The translations under genes and the position numbers were made by a program. Below are positions 18,183 to 27,875 of a stretch of 64,000 bases of DNA, in pieces. How positions within the stretch are numbered: the first letter of the stretch is position 1; every line of letters starts with the position of its first letter. This DNA comes from Halobacteriovoraceae bacterium. GTDB lineage: Bacteria; Bdellovibrionota; Bacteriovoracia; Bacteriovoracales; Bacteriovoracaceae. Under the pieces are notes generated by a model that was given only the letters and a program-made list of their open reading frames with translations, did not search any database and was not told where the DNA came from. Where the stretch lies: positions 64,001 through 128,000 of the forward strand of contig CAVRCF010000001.1 of the NCBI GenBank assembly GCA_963719505.1. Reading direction: 5' to 3'.

Positions 18183-20672
18183 ATGATGAAAGTATTTTTA
18201 ATAGTCATATTCTTAATTAGTTTCACCTCTTGCGATAATCAAGGCAGTTTTGAACCGAATAATTTGATTTCTGTTGAAGATGATACCGCTGCTGAGGAAG
18301 AACTCTCTAATCTCACAGGGCCTCCTGCTATCGAGTCGATAACAGTTAGTGCAGATGGGATTTATGACGTTGGCCAGGCCATCGTTTTCAATACCAAGTT
18401 TCAAAAAAGAACAAAGATTATTGGAGCCCAAACTCCTAGACTTACCCTTAACGTCGGTGGCGTTACCAGATATGCTAATTATGTTTCAGGTTCTGAGTCT
18501 CGTGATTTTGTTTTTGTTTTTCAATATATTGTTCAAGCAGGTGATTTAGATCACGATGGCATTGAACTAAATGAACAGGTTGATCTCAATGGATCAGTTG
18601 TCCAAGATTATTCAGCCCAAGATCTCAATGTCGCTTTTACCTCGCCTTCACTTACTGAAAAGAGAGTTGATACCGCAAATTTATCTTTTACCTTTCAAGA
18701 AGGCTCACTAACAACGAGTGCGTCTGTAAATCTCGATATCAGCTCTGCTCTATTTCCTGAACTCTACATTGGTCAATCGTGTCTAGGTTTAGGATCCGAT
18801 ATCACTTACGCAACCCCACTGAGTTTCACACTGCCCCTGCTTAATCAAACGAACACAATCTTTGTTGCTGCTAGTAATGGTCTTGGTGGATATTCAAGTT
18901 GTCATAGTGTTGCTATTGATCACGATAATCTTTCACCCAATAATATTGTTGGCATCTCAAATAGTGGGAACTCTTCTGATATTGTATCAGACCGAGCTTC
19001 CTGGAGTGCTTCAACAGACCGAGGTCCCGCTGGATTGAGCTCTTATTCTATTGCCGTTTCAACTTCCACTAACGAAGCTGGAATTGTGCCCGGTGGAGAA
19101 TGGAAAAACGTTGCAACTAATACTTTTGGTTTTATTGATAACGGTGCCAACTCCTTTTTAAACGGTGGAGTTAACTATTACACTCTTGTTAAGGCCATCG
19201 ATAGAGCGGGAAATGAAACAGGAATCTTTGCTTCTCCTGCTTGGCAAGTCGCAGCTCTGTCTCCAGAACAAATTGTCTCAATGTCAGTGACTGATTCAAG
19301 CGACAACTCTCTCAGCGTTGGTTGGCCATATCCCGATGATAAAGGCTTTCCTATTACGGATTATGTTATTGAATACAAATTAGCTTCGTCACCAACTTGG
19401 ATTACGATTAACGATGGTGTTAGTACAAGAAGAAGATACACACTCGAAGGTCTTAGTGCAGAGACCAACTATAATTTTAGAGTAAGAGCATTTAATGGAA
19501 CAAACTTTGGTGCATGGTCACCTGTTTTAACGGCTGAGACTCTTCCGACGATAGAGTTTGTGACAACACCTTACGTCGCTATAAATGTTGGTGGGGCAAC
19601 GGCCAATCAACTCGTTTCTTTTGAAGATGATAATGAAATTTTTTACGGTGATAACTCTGCCTCTTCCTTTAATGATGGATCGACAATAAGTAACGACTTA
19701 GACAAAGGAAAAACGATTCCTGTTCCAGCCAATGAGTTTACCATTGTTAGAGGAACTAAACCCTTTTTTATTGCGGGAAGAATTGGAAGTGGAAGTGATG
19801 CTAGAAAAGGAAATGTTGTTTGGCAAACATCGGCTTGGATTGGAAAGGAATTTCTTTTTAGTCATAACCGAAGTAACCCAATGAAGGTAAAGATCTATGC
19901 CTTTTCAAATTCAGATATAACGGTCACAAAAAATGGTGCACCTGTTGCTTCTGGTTCAGTCTCTTTACCCCAAGACTCAGGACATACTTTTACGATTTCA
20001 AGTTACGGAAGTTATGAGATTACGAGTACAGGTTTTATTGTCGTCTATGGATATGCAAACGGTTCAGGAAGTGAGTACACCGATCCCAAGCCTTTTCTTC
20101 CATCGAGTAACGACCTTGTTGGTGTTCCCTCAAGAGATGCCAAAATTTCTTCTAGAACTTCTGGAAATAATTTTACCGCTTATCATTCTGGAAATACAAC
20201 AAATACGGGAACAATTACTGCTGGAGCTACAACCACTTTGAGTTCTAGAGGAACCAGAGGACTCTACCAAGATCAGGCGGTAAGAATTAGATCGAACTCT
20301 CCAATCGTTGCAAACTCTTACGCGGATGCGAATGGAAACTGCTCCTCCCCCCTAGTGCCTGTTGCCTTTCAAAAAAGAAGGTTTGCTCTCAATGTTGCAT
20401 CCGAATGGGTGGCTTTTGCCTCTACTAATGAATTAACGATCACTGCTACTGAGCCGACAGCTGATGGGCTGGGTTTTGAAGCTCCAAGGACCTACACTTT
20501 AAGTCGTGTCGGTGGTAATAATAACACGCCAACAAAAGGCTATGAAACGGCAAGAAACTTTAGAGCCGGAACGATTTTTGAAGGGAGTGCTCCTTTTCAA
20601 ATGTGGTATGAGCCGCTCAATGACACGAATGCCTCAGATAACGATGAAACCGTGATGTTTGGCTGGGACTAA
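18183..20672 (+). CDS. Large surface lipoprotein with Ig-like and fibronectin type III domains (putative adhesin)
   Basis: Lipobox FTSC; TPRLTLNVGG..YANYVSGS..YIVQAGD repeat; Fn3 motif W..P.D.G.PITDY.IEY...YNFRVRAFN..G.WS. Confidence 0.75.
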   Translation: MMKVFLIVIFLISFTSCDNQGSFEPNNLISVEDDTAAEEELSNLTGPPAIESITVSADGIYDVGQAIVFNTKFQKRTKIIGAQTPRLTLNVGGVTRYANYVSGSESRDFVFVFQYIVQAGDLDHDGIELNEQVDLNGSVVQDYSAQDLNVAFTSPSLTEKRVDTANLSFTFQEGSLTTSASVNLDISSALFPELYIGQSCLGLGSDITYATPLSFTLPLLNQTNTIFVAASNGLGGYSSCHSVAIDHDNLSPNNIVGISNSGNSSDIVSDRASWSASTDRGPAGLSSYSIAVSTSTNEAGIVPGGEWKNVATNTFGFIDNGANSFLNGGVNYYTLVKAIDRAGNETGIFASPAWQVAALSPEQIVSMSVTDSSDNSLSVGWPYPDDKGFPITDYVIEYKLASSPTWITINDGVSTRRRYTLEGLSAETNYNFRVRAFNGTNFGAWSPVLTAETLPTIEFVTTPYVAINVGGATANQLVSFEDDNEIFYGDNSASSFNDGSTISNDLDKGKTIPVPANEFTIVRGTKPFFIAGRIGSGSDARKGNVVWQTSAWIGKEFLFSHNRSNPMKVKIYAFSNSDITVTKNGAPVASGSVSLPQDSGHTFTISSYGSYEITSTGFIVVYGYANGSGSEYTDPKPFLPSSNDLVGVPSRDAKISSRTSGNNFTAYHSGNTTNTGTITAGATTTLSSRGTRGLYQDQAVRIRSNSPIVANSYADANGNCSSPLVPVAFQKRRFALNVASEWVAFASTNELTITATEPTADGLGFEAPRTYTLSRVGGNNNTPTKGYETARNFRAGTIFEGSAPFQMWYEPLNDTNASDNDETVMFGWD

Positions 20673-20707
20673 TTGCCAACGGGCTTTTTCCCTGGTAAAA
20701 GACTTAA

Positions 20708-21577
20708 ATGAAAGCTTTCTACATTTTCTTTATTCTCTTAACTGTAAACCTTTACGCCTCAAATGAATTTGTCGTTTTAATTCCTGGTGCTGCTTCAAGT
20801 GGAGAAGATATCTCCATCAGAGGTTTAACGCCAGTTTTTGGGAAAATCGATGAAGGAAAGTATTTTAAACACTTTGAGTCAGAGTTAATAGAGGAAGGTT
20901 TTAAGGTGTTAACATGTCCTAAGTTTAAAGATAAAGACAAAAGAGATATTACTGATAGAGCGAAAGACTGTTCAGCCTTTTTACTTTCAAAGGTCCTCTT
21001 AAATCCAAGAGTAAAATTTCATTTAGTAGGTCACAGTATGGGCGGACTCGTGGCCAGAAAAGTTCTCGACTACCGACTTACAGCTCGATTTATAAAGTCC
21101 GTGACGACCATCTCTACTCCTCATAAGGGAGCGATGTTTGCCAACTATGTTTATAAACACAATAAAAGTTTTGATCCAGTTGCAAAGTTTATTGCCCTCA
21201 TACAATTTAGACCTGAAGATCGCGCTTATCTAAAAGACTTAAAAATAGAAAATGGAGTTAATGTCTTTACTCAAAATCTTAAAAATCCAAAAAAGGTAAA
21301 GATTTATTCAATCTCAAATTATAGAACGAACTGGTATAATGCCCCTTTAGTTCTTAGCTCTAAAGTCTTGAGTAAAGAAGCCAAGCTCTACAAAGGTCGC
21401 TCATTAAAAAATGATGGCATCATCGAGACATCCTCTATGGTTTATGGGGAACATATAGCCCAGATTCAAGCCGATCACTTGGAAAGCGCTTGTATAATGG
21501 CCACAAGATTCTCTCGAGGCTGCAAACAATCCCTCTCAGTTGTTATTGAACACCTAAACTCTCTTATCTCTTTGTAA
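20708..21577 (+). CDS. Secreted alpha/beta-hydrolase (lipase-like)
   Basis: GHSMGG nucleophile elbow, ISTPHKG, NDGII, ADH. Confidence 0.85.
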   Translation: MKAFYIFFILLTVNLYASNEFVVLIPGAASSGEDISIRGLTPVFGKIDEGKYFKHFESELIEEGFKVLTCPKFKDKDKRDITDRAKDCSAFLLSKVLLNPRVKFHLVGHSMGGLVARKVLDYRLTARFIKSVTTISTPHKGAMFANYVYKHNKSFDPVAKFIALIQFRPEDRAYLKDLKIENGVNVFTQNLKNPKKVKIYSISNYRTNWYNAPLVLSSKVLSKEAKLYKGRSLKNDGIIETSSMVYGEHIAQIQADHLESACIMATRFSRGCKQSLSVVIEHLNSLISL

Positions 21578-21659
21578 ATTTTATCAATTTCCATTCTGCT
21601 ATTTACTGATGCAATATCCTATTCTAGGTTGAGGCAACTAATCTTTAAGGAGACCTTTT

Positions 21660-22100
21660 ATGAAAAACATCATTATGACGGCTATCTTAGCAGTTTCATT
21701 CTCTGCACATGCCTCTTTTTACCAAAAGTATTGCTCAAATGCAGAAGGAACGATCAAGCTTAGCAATGGCCATATGGACAATGCCGTTATTTTAACGGAA
21801 AGAGCTTATGGAAACGCTGGAGTAAACACTCAGGAAATCGAATACAAGCTTGGATCATTAATAATTGATAGATCGGATGAAACTGAAATCGAAAATACAA
21901 CTCGAACAACTTGTCAGCCTGGATCAACTGGCGGCATGGTTTCATGGAATAAAATTACTACGAATAAAGTTGTGATTAAAAATGCTGACGGTTCAATGTT
22001 TCCTGATACGACTATTGGTATTGATGGAACAAGAATGGCAGTTAAAGCAACAGTTATCTGTGAATTTAGCGGAAACTCTAGAACATCTTGCTCAAACTAA
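21660..22100 (+). CDS. Hypothetical secreted protein
   Basis: AAGGAG SD; signal peptide ending AHA; four Cys. Confidence 0.7.
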   Translation: MKNIIMTAILAVSFSAHASFYQKYCSNAEGTIKLSNGHMDNAVILTERAYGNAGVNTQEIEYKLGSLIIDRSDETEIENTTRTTCQPGSTGGMVSWNKITTNKVVIKNADGSMFPDTTIGIDGTRMAVKATVICEFSGNSRTSCSN

Positions 22101-22111
22101 TTTAAATAAAC

Positions 22112-22495
22112 TTAAGCCCTCAATTCATTGGGGGCTTTTCTTTTTGTATATCTATAAGCCCAATAAACAACCACCAATTGCAACGGAAGTCTGATGGCCA
22201 AAAATAACGGTGGAATATCAGGAAAACTTTCTGGATTATTGTACATATGCAGATTTGCCGGAAAAATGGCGATAAGAAGACAAATAATCCCCCAAGCTGC
22301 TAATTTTTGAGTCTTAGGAATTAATAAAAGAACGCCAAGAATGATTTCAATAACACCGCTGACATAGACAAGCCCTAGATGCATTGGTAAATAGTCTGGC
22401 ATCATTTTTACATAGAGATCTGGATTTCTAAAATGATTCGCACCGCCCAGAACAAAAGCCAGTGAAAACAGTACCTTAGCAAAAGCTCTAATCAT
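22112..22495 (-). CDS. DoxX-like membrane protein
   Basis: GANHF..P..Y..MMP.YLP....LVYVSGVIE...IAIFPANLHM...RLPLQ. Confidence 0.8.
   Translation of the reverse strand: MIRAFAKVLFSLAFVLGGANHFRNPDLYVKMMPDYLPMHLGLVYVSGVIEIILGVLLLIPKTQKLAAWGIICLLIAIFPANLHMYNNPESFPDIPPLFLAIRLPLQLVVVYWAYRYTKRKAPNELRA
22114..22145 (+). terminator. Intrinsic terminator for 21660..22100
   Basis: AAGCCCTCAA-TTCA-TTGGGGGCTT then TTCTTTTT. Confidence 0.6.
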
Positions 22496-22632
22496 AATAA
22501 ACTCTCTTCGTTATTCTCAGTTATTTTGTGTAGTTTCCTATAGATTGTCTCTAAATTACAATCAAGATTTTCAATTTAAAATGTATTAAAACATAAAGTA
22601 CATTGATTTAACAATGACCTTAAGGAGGCACT

Positions 22633-23019
22633 ATGAATTTAGAAGTACTAGTATCAGACATGATGACAATGAATACAGTAGCGAGACTTTGGCACTGGAC
22701 AACTGATACAGCTCAACACCATGTCACTTATGAAGCCTTTCTCAATCAAAATGAAGAACATACAGATAGCTTTGTAGAGTCTGCTCTTGGTAACGATCTA
22801 AAAATAGATTTTAGCAAAGTTGGCGTAACGGATGCCAAGATTGAAAAATATGACCTCGATCACGTTAAAGAGAGTTTCAAAAGTTTCAGAAGTAGAGTTT
22901 TTGAAGCAAAAAAATCATTACAAAATAATGAGTCAAGTGCGAATGAGGAATTGATTACAATCCTTGATGACGTAACTGACTTAACAAGTAAAACTCTTTA
23001 CCTACTTAAATTAAAATAA
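22633..23019 (+). CDS. Ferritin/Dps-like four-helix protein (DUF5856-like)
   Basis: RLWHWTT..AQHH......DSFVES and C-terminal ILDD..DL..KTLYLL; AAGGAGG SD. Confidence 0.65.
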   Translation: MNLEVLVSDMMTMNTVARLWHWTTDTAQHHVTYEAFLNQNEEHTDSFVESALGNDLKIDFSKVGVTDAKIEKYDLDHVKESFKSFRSRVFEAKKSLQNNESSANEELITILDDVTDLTSKTLYLLKLK

Positions 23020-23041
23020 TATCCCAATAGAAAATCAACTT

Positions 23042-23074
23042 CTGGTGAGAAGAGCCTTTCGCTCTTTTCACCAG
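23042..23074. terminator. Strong hairpin between ferritin-like gene and corA
   Basis: CTGGTGAGAAGAGC-CTTTC-GCTCTTTTCACCAG; no clear U-tract. Confidence 0.45.
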
Positions 23075-23129
23075 CACTCTCCCATGACTTTAACTTCAAA
23101 TTCACCTATACTTCTTTAAAGAGGTAAAA

Positions 23130-24185
23130 ATGATCGTAGAAAAAAAGTCTCAAAAAGCCGGTATGATTCCTGGAAGTGCCGTTTATGTTGGAGCAAAAAA
23201 GCCCGACCATAGTGTAGGTATTCAGCTCATTGAATACAGTGCCACTGATAGTAAAGAAGAAAGTTCAAATGATATTAACCAACTTTTAAAGTCATTAACA
23301 AATGATGATATCTCTTGGATCAATCTCGACGGAGTTCATGATGTGGAGATGATCAAAACTCTTGGAAAGCATTTTAATATTCACCCATTAACCATCGAAG
23401 ATATTCTCAACACCACTCAACGTCCAAAAGTTGAAGTCGCAGACAACTACACCTATGTTACTTTAAAGATGATCATCTATGATCACGATAAAGAAACTTT
23501 TATAAAAGAACAGTTAAGCTTGATTCTTTTAAAAAATATCGTCATTACAATTCAAGAACTTCCCGGGGATATTTTTGACAGTATAAGAGCAAGAATTCTT
23601 CAAGATAAAGGCAAGATTAGAAAGATGGGGGCGGACTACCTTTTGTATGCCATCCTTGATTGCACTATTGATGGATACTTTGAGGTGATAGAGAGTCTCG
23701 ACATGGAACTTGAGGACTTAGAAGAGAAGATTGAAATAAGTGAAAACGTGGTTCAAAACATTCACTGGTTAAAGAAAGAGCTTCTCTATATTAGAAGAGT
23801 CGTCTCTCCAGTAAGGGATATCATCTCAAACCTTATGCGTGAAGAATCTGACCTCATCACCGATCAAACTTATATTTATTTGAGAGACACTTACGACCAC
23901 TGCACACAAGTGTATGAATCGGTGGAAATCATTCGCGATATTGTCTCTGGCTTGATTGAGATTCACCTCTCTATTATTAGTAATCGTATGAATGAAATTA
24001 TGAAGTACCTAACCATCTTTGCTTCAATCTTTATTCCTCTCACATTTGTGACGGGTATTTACGGAATGAATTTTGAAAATATGCCTGAATTAAAATGGGA
24101 ATATGGATACTTTTTCACTCTCTTTTTTCTTCTGGCTTTTGGTGTTTCTCTTTTTGTTATCTTTAAAAGAAAAAAGTGGCTGTAA
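23130..24185 (+). CDS. corA: Magnesium/cobalt transporter CorA
   Basis: HPLTIEDIL...QRPK, YLRD.YDH, GIYGMNFENMPELKWEYGY. Confidence 0.95.
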   Translation: MIVEKKSQKAGMIPGSAVYVGAKKPDHSVGIQLIEYSATDSKEESSNDINQLLKSLTNDDISWINLDGVHDVEMIKTLGKHFNIHPLTIEDILNTTQRPKVEVADNYTYVTLKMIIYDHDKETFIKEQLSLILLKNIVITIQELPGDIFDSIRARILQDKGKIRKMGADYLLYAILDCTIDGYFEVIESLDMELEDLEEKIEISENVVQNIHWLKKELLYIRRVVSPVRDIISNLMREESDLITDQTYIYLRDTYDHCTQVYESVEIIRDIVSGLIEIHLSIISNRMNEIMKYLTIFASIFIPLTFVTGIYGMNFENMPELKWEYGYFFTLFFLLAFGVSLFVIFKRKKWL

Positions 24186-24189
24186 AAGA

Positions 24190-25303
24190 TTAAAGCATTT
24201 CAGTCGCCTCAATAAGAAGCGCTTGCTCTAGGGATTTTCTAAGTCCATGGGCCGAAAAATACTTTAAACTCAATGCCATCTCTTCAATCTTTTCAGGTTG
24301 ATTCCCAAGAGCGATTAGGGCCTCTTGAGCCGCCGTATCTGCAATTTTAACAATCTCATTGATGCGAGCTGTACTTATCTTCGATCCTCTCATCAGTTCA
24401 AAAAGCTCACTTTGAATTTTTTGAAGTTCTAAGGCTTCTTGATATATTTCTTTTTGGTAAGAGTTAGAGATGTGTTTTTCAAAAAATTCAGAGAAGCTGC
24501 CGCATCTGTAAGCCAGGGAAAAATATCCACGACATCGAGCGTTTCGTCATGTTTTGCCGTTCATTATTTCCTTCTCTAAGGCTTGGAATAAGACTTTGAT
24601 TCTCTTGGCATTCACTATCTCGAGATCTTCCATAGACCTCATTCAAGGGATTGAATTGGAAACGACTTAGTTTATTTGGAGACTCTTTTCCAAATGAGAT
24701 ATTCTCACTGACATAGGTTTCGGAGTGAAGAAAGTTATGGTATCCGGAATATCCACTTGAAACCGGTGACTCGAGTTTTCTTTCTGGATATAAAACATCA
24801 AAGAATGCATCACCTTTTGAATACTCATCGCGCTCAAAAATATATTCTGGTCCATAGATATTGAGAATATCACCGGCCATCTTTTCTTCTCCAACTTCAA
24901 GCTTTCGACATATGGGGCTCTCTTGCCAATAGATCATCTCTTTGGTCCACACAAACCTAGGTTTCGCAGAGAGCTTTTTGAGACTCATCGCCGTTCCCCA
25001 ACAATTGGCGCCATCTTTAGTAAGACGCTTGTTTTGATTTTCTTTCATAAAAGGAGTTAAACAATTTGAAATGATAACTCGCTGAGATCCATCCCTATTC
25101 GAGCGACATTCATTTCTACCGATATGTGGAATCTTAAATTCGGGCTCAATTGACTTTCGAAGCTCACAGACTTTCTGGTATTCATTTAAAAGAGTTTCAC
25201 AGCTGTTGGCTGTAAGAATCAAGCTATTGCTATTGGTGTAGCTAATGGACACGCTTGAGGCGAAAACGGGGAGTGAGGCTAAAAAAATGATTATCTTTTT
25301 CAT
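24190..25303 (-). pseudogene. Secreted protein with putative Cys/His papain-like fold, split by one frameshift near 24540
   Basis: Alternative frame RCRGYFSLAYRCGSFSEFFEK... runs into the 67-aa ORF; GANCWG and FLHSE motifs. Confidence 0.55.
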
Positions 25304-25347
25304 TCTTTATTTTAGAATCTATGTGTATTTGATTCAAATCAAATTGA

Positions 25348-25363
25348 AAAATTGAGCCCAGTG
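25348..25363 (+). repeat. Left target-site duplication AAAATTGAGCCCAGTG
   Basis: Identical to 26673-26688. Confidence 0.85.
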
Positions 25364-26672
25364 TATAAAGATTCGACAATTATGTCCTATCCTTATTTCC
25401 CAGCGAAAATGTCCTACTTAACGCATTAATATTACAATACTCAGGTAATCAAACCTGAGGTGTTAAATGGGAAAAATAAGCATGGATGCTAAACAAATGA
25501 AGCTTTATAGACTCGCCTGTGAAGTCTTAGCCGGAAAAATTTCTATTAAAGAATTTTCCATCATATCTAAAAAGTCGTATCGCCAGTCTCAACGTATTAT
25601 TAAGAATGTTGAGACTCATGACTTCATAGGAGTCATACATAAAAATTCTGGTGTTGCTCCAGTAAATAAAACTTCTGAAAGACTAGAAGCTTTGATCGTA
25701 GATCTTCTAACTTATAAGTATGTTGGATTTAATCTCACTCACTTTAACGAAATGTTAATTAAAAATGAAAACATTAAAATTTCAAAGTCTTCACTTCATC
25801 GAATTGCAACTAAACACAATCTTGTAAAAGCTCCAAGAAGAGCGAAGAGAAGATCTTTCAAGCCTAGAGCCAGAGTCCCTCAAGAAGGTATGCTCGTGCA
25901 GTTCGATGGAAGCCATCACCCTTGGTTTGGTAATCACAAATCGGACTTAATTGCAGCAATCGACGATGCAACCGGAAAGATTTTAGCAGCAGAGTTTTTT
26001 TATGGAGAGAAGTCGATGCATTCGATGAAAGTTATCAAGGAAGTAATTGATAAAAATGGAATTCCAGAAGCCTTCTACATGGATCAAGCAGGGATTTATG
26101 GAAAGGTAGATCGAGACTGGGAATCTCAGATCTCAAGAGCCTTTGATCAGGTTAATATTAACTTAATTCTTGCAAGCTCTCCACAAGCTAAAGGACGAGT
26201 AGAGCGTCTCTTTAGGACTCTACAAGATCGACTGGTAGCGGAGCTTTCGTTTTATAAAATAGAAACTTTGGAAGAGGCAAATGACTATTTGAGAACAACT
26301 TTTATAGAAGCTTTTAATAAGCAGTTCTCGGTAGAGTCGCAAAGCTTCGATACAGCTTACAGGAAAAATGTTTTTGGAAATTTAGACAGAGTTTTTTGTA
26401 AAAAAGAGAGAAGAAAAATTGGAGTTGGAAACGTATTTTCTTTCAAAGCAATTACTTGGTTGATAGACGAAAAGTTTTGCTATCGAGGTCGCGAAGTGAA
26501 TATAAATACCCATCTTGATGGCAGTCAGAGCTTTGATATTATGGGTAAAGAAATATATCCAATAGTGTTCAACACAAAGAGGATTTATGACTATAAAAAG
26601 CGAGCAATATGACACACAAGGTAGGACATAATCGCTGGGATATTAACCGGACATAGTCGCTGGGATTCAACA
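25364..26672 (+). mobile_element. Complete insertion sequence, IS1202-family-like (formerly ISNCY), about 1309 bp
   Basis: Ends TAT...ACA; subterminal TCCCAGCGAnnATGTCC at 25398-25414 and inverted at 26624-26640 and 26649-26665; 16-bp flanking direct repeat. Confidence 0.85.
25467..26612 (+). CDS. DDE transposase (IS481/IS1202-like integrase core)
   Basis: N-terminal HTH; QFDGSHHPWF, IDDATG, FYMD, SSPQAKGRVERLFRTLQDRL. Confidence 0.92.
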   Translation: MGKISMDAKQMKLYRLACEVLAGKISIKEFSIISKKSYRQSQRIIKNVETHDFIGVIHKNSGVAPVNKTSERLEALIVDLLTYKYVGFNLTHFNEMLIKNENIKISKSSLHRIATKHNLVKAPRRAKRRSFKPRARVPQEGMLVQFDGSHHPWFGNHKSDLIAAIDDATGKILAAEFFYGEKSMHSMKVIKEVIDKNGIPEAFYMDQAGIYGKVDRDWESQISRAFDQVNINLILASSPQAKGRVERLFRTLQDRLVAELSFYKIETLEEANDYLRTTFIEAFNKQFSVESQSFDTAYRKNVFGNLDRVFCKKERRKIGVGNVFSFKAITWLIDEKFCYRGREVNINTHLDGSQSFDIMGKEIYPIVFNTKRIYDYKKRAI

Positions 26673-26688
26673 AAAATTGAGCCCAGTG
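26673..26688 (+). repeat. Right target-site duplication AAAATTGAGCCCAGTG
   Basis: Identical to 25348-25363. Confidence 0.85.
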
Positions 26689-26705
26689 TTTAAACTTTTG
26701 ACAGC

Positions 26706-27164
26706 TTAATGGGAGGGATAGAGTGTCTTAACTATAAGGAAGTACGTCTCTTTTTCTTTCCAAAGCTTTACGTAAAAACTGCCGTTGTCCACATCGATGG
26801 CCGTCTCTAGATCCTCAAGCTGTTGTTCAGTCTTAAATTCATAAAGACTGATCACTCTTTTTTGTTCATCCCTATATTTGATTTGTGCTCCAATAGTCTC
26901 TCCGCTATTGAAATATTTCGCCCCAATCATACGGGCACCCTCTAATTGTTTGATTTGGGTTTTCTTGATTTTAAAATTAAGACCAGTCATGGCTTTTGCG
27001 AGTTGTTCAAAGTTTGTTTTGTTTTCATCAACAACAATCTCATCCACATGAGACTTTAGTATTTCTTTAATCAGTTTTTCAGAGTTTGTATCCGACACAA
27101 AATGGATCACTAAAGACACCGTCATGATTAAGCCTATAATGATAATAAAGTTTTTATTTTTCAC
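26706..27164 (-). CDS. Membrane-anchored hypothetical protein resembling an anti-sigma-factor periplasmic domain
   Basis: N-terminal TM; MIGAK...AQIKYRD...ISLY...VKLW pattern; weak resemblance. Confidence 0.45.
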   Translation of the reverse strand: MKNKNFIIIIGLIMTVSLVIHFVSDTNSEKLIKEILKSHVDEIVVDENKTNFEQLAKAMTGLNFKIKKTQIKQLEGARMIGAKYFNSGETIGAQIKYRDEQKRVISLYEFKTEQQLEDLETAIDVDNGSFYVKLWKEKETYFLIVKTLYPSH

Positions 27165-27174
27165 GCTTATCCCT

Positions 27175-27567
27175 TCACTCTACCAGGTGTTCAGTTAGTT
27201 TATTTTTCAATTCTTCTGTCAGAGGTGTTGCCTTATTTTTTTCATAGTCAAAATAAACCATCACCGTTTTTGCTTGAGCAATTTTTTTAGAACTTTGAAA
27301 AGCCGTTTGAATTAAAACGACAGAAGAGTTACCAATTTTTTCAACCTGCGTCTCTAAGATAACATTTTCGCAGTAGTCACCTTGCCCCAAATAATCGATT
27401 TCGATTCTTGCAATAATGAGGTTCCACTTTTTGAGGTCAAGCTTTGGATTGAAAATTTTAAAAAGAGGCTTTCGAGCTTGTTCGAACCAAGAAAGATAGG
27501 TCGCATTATTAATATGTCCAAGTGCATCTGTATCATTAAATCGAGGCTCTAGTTCAAGTTTAAACAT
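27175..27567 (-). CDS. Acyl-CoA thioesterase (4HBT hotdog fold)
   Basis: PRFNDTDALGHINNATYLSWFEQAR. Confidence 0.9.
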   Translation of the reverse strand: MFKLELEPRFNDTDALGHINNATYLSWFEQARKPLFKIFNPKLDLKKWNLIIARIEIDYLGQGDYCENVILETQVEKIGNSSVVLIQTAFQSSKKIAQAKTVMVYFDYEKNKATPLTEELKNKLTEHLVE

Positions 27568-27602
27568 TCCATCTCCCTGACAAAATATGCTATCATGCTT
27601 TC

Positions 27603-27824
27603 ATGACACCTACTAAGATTATACCTCTTCCCAAAGAGAAATTTAAAGAATTTAATATTCCCCAAGGTGCCAAGGCAGCAACTTACTACCTCGACAAAGC
27701 CATTGAGGAGCGCTGTGATGAACTTGACTATATGCTCGAAGATATGGGTTATGAAATCGCACACAGAGAAATGATACGAGTGGCCACGAGTATCTATAAT
27801 TATGAGGTTATTGTCTTTAAATGA
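27603..27824 (+). CDS. Small hypothetical protein upstream of metG
   Basis: 73-aa ORF fills the gap; TATCAT -10 box 6 nt upstream. Confidence 0.55.
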   Translation: MTPTKIIPLPKEKFKEFNIPQGAKAATYYLDKAIEERCDELDYMLEDMGYEIAHREMIRVATSIYNYEVIVFK

Positions 27825-27875
27825 CGCTTGTGATAATTTTTTTTCGATCAATTCATTAATTTTAAAGAGAGCTAA

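Noticed and set aside
25321-25363. dif/XerCD-site targeting by the IS
   Set aside because: No recognisable XerD arm (TTATGTTAAAT-like) next to the insertion, and the duplication is long.
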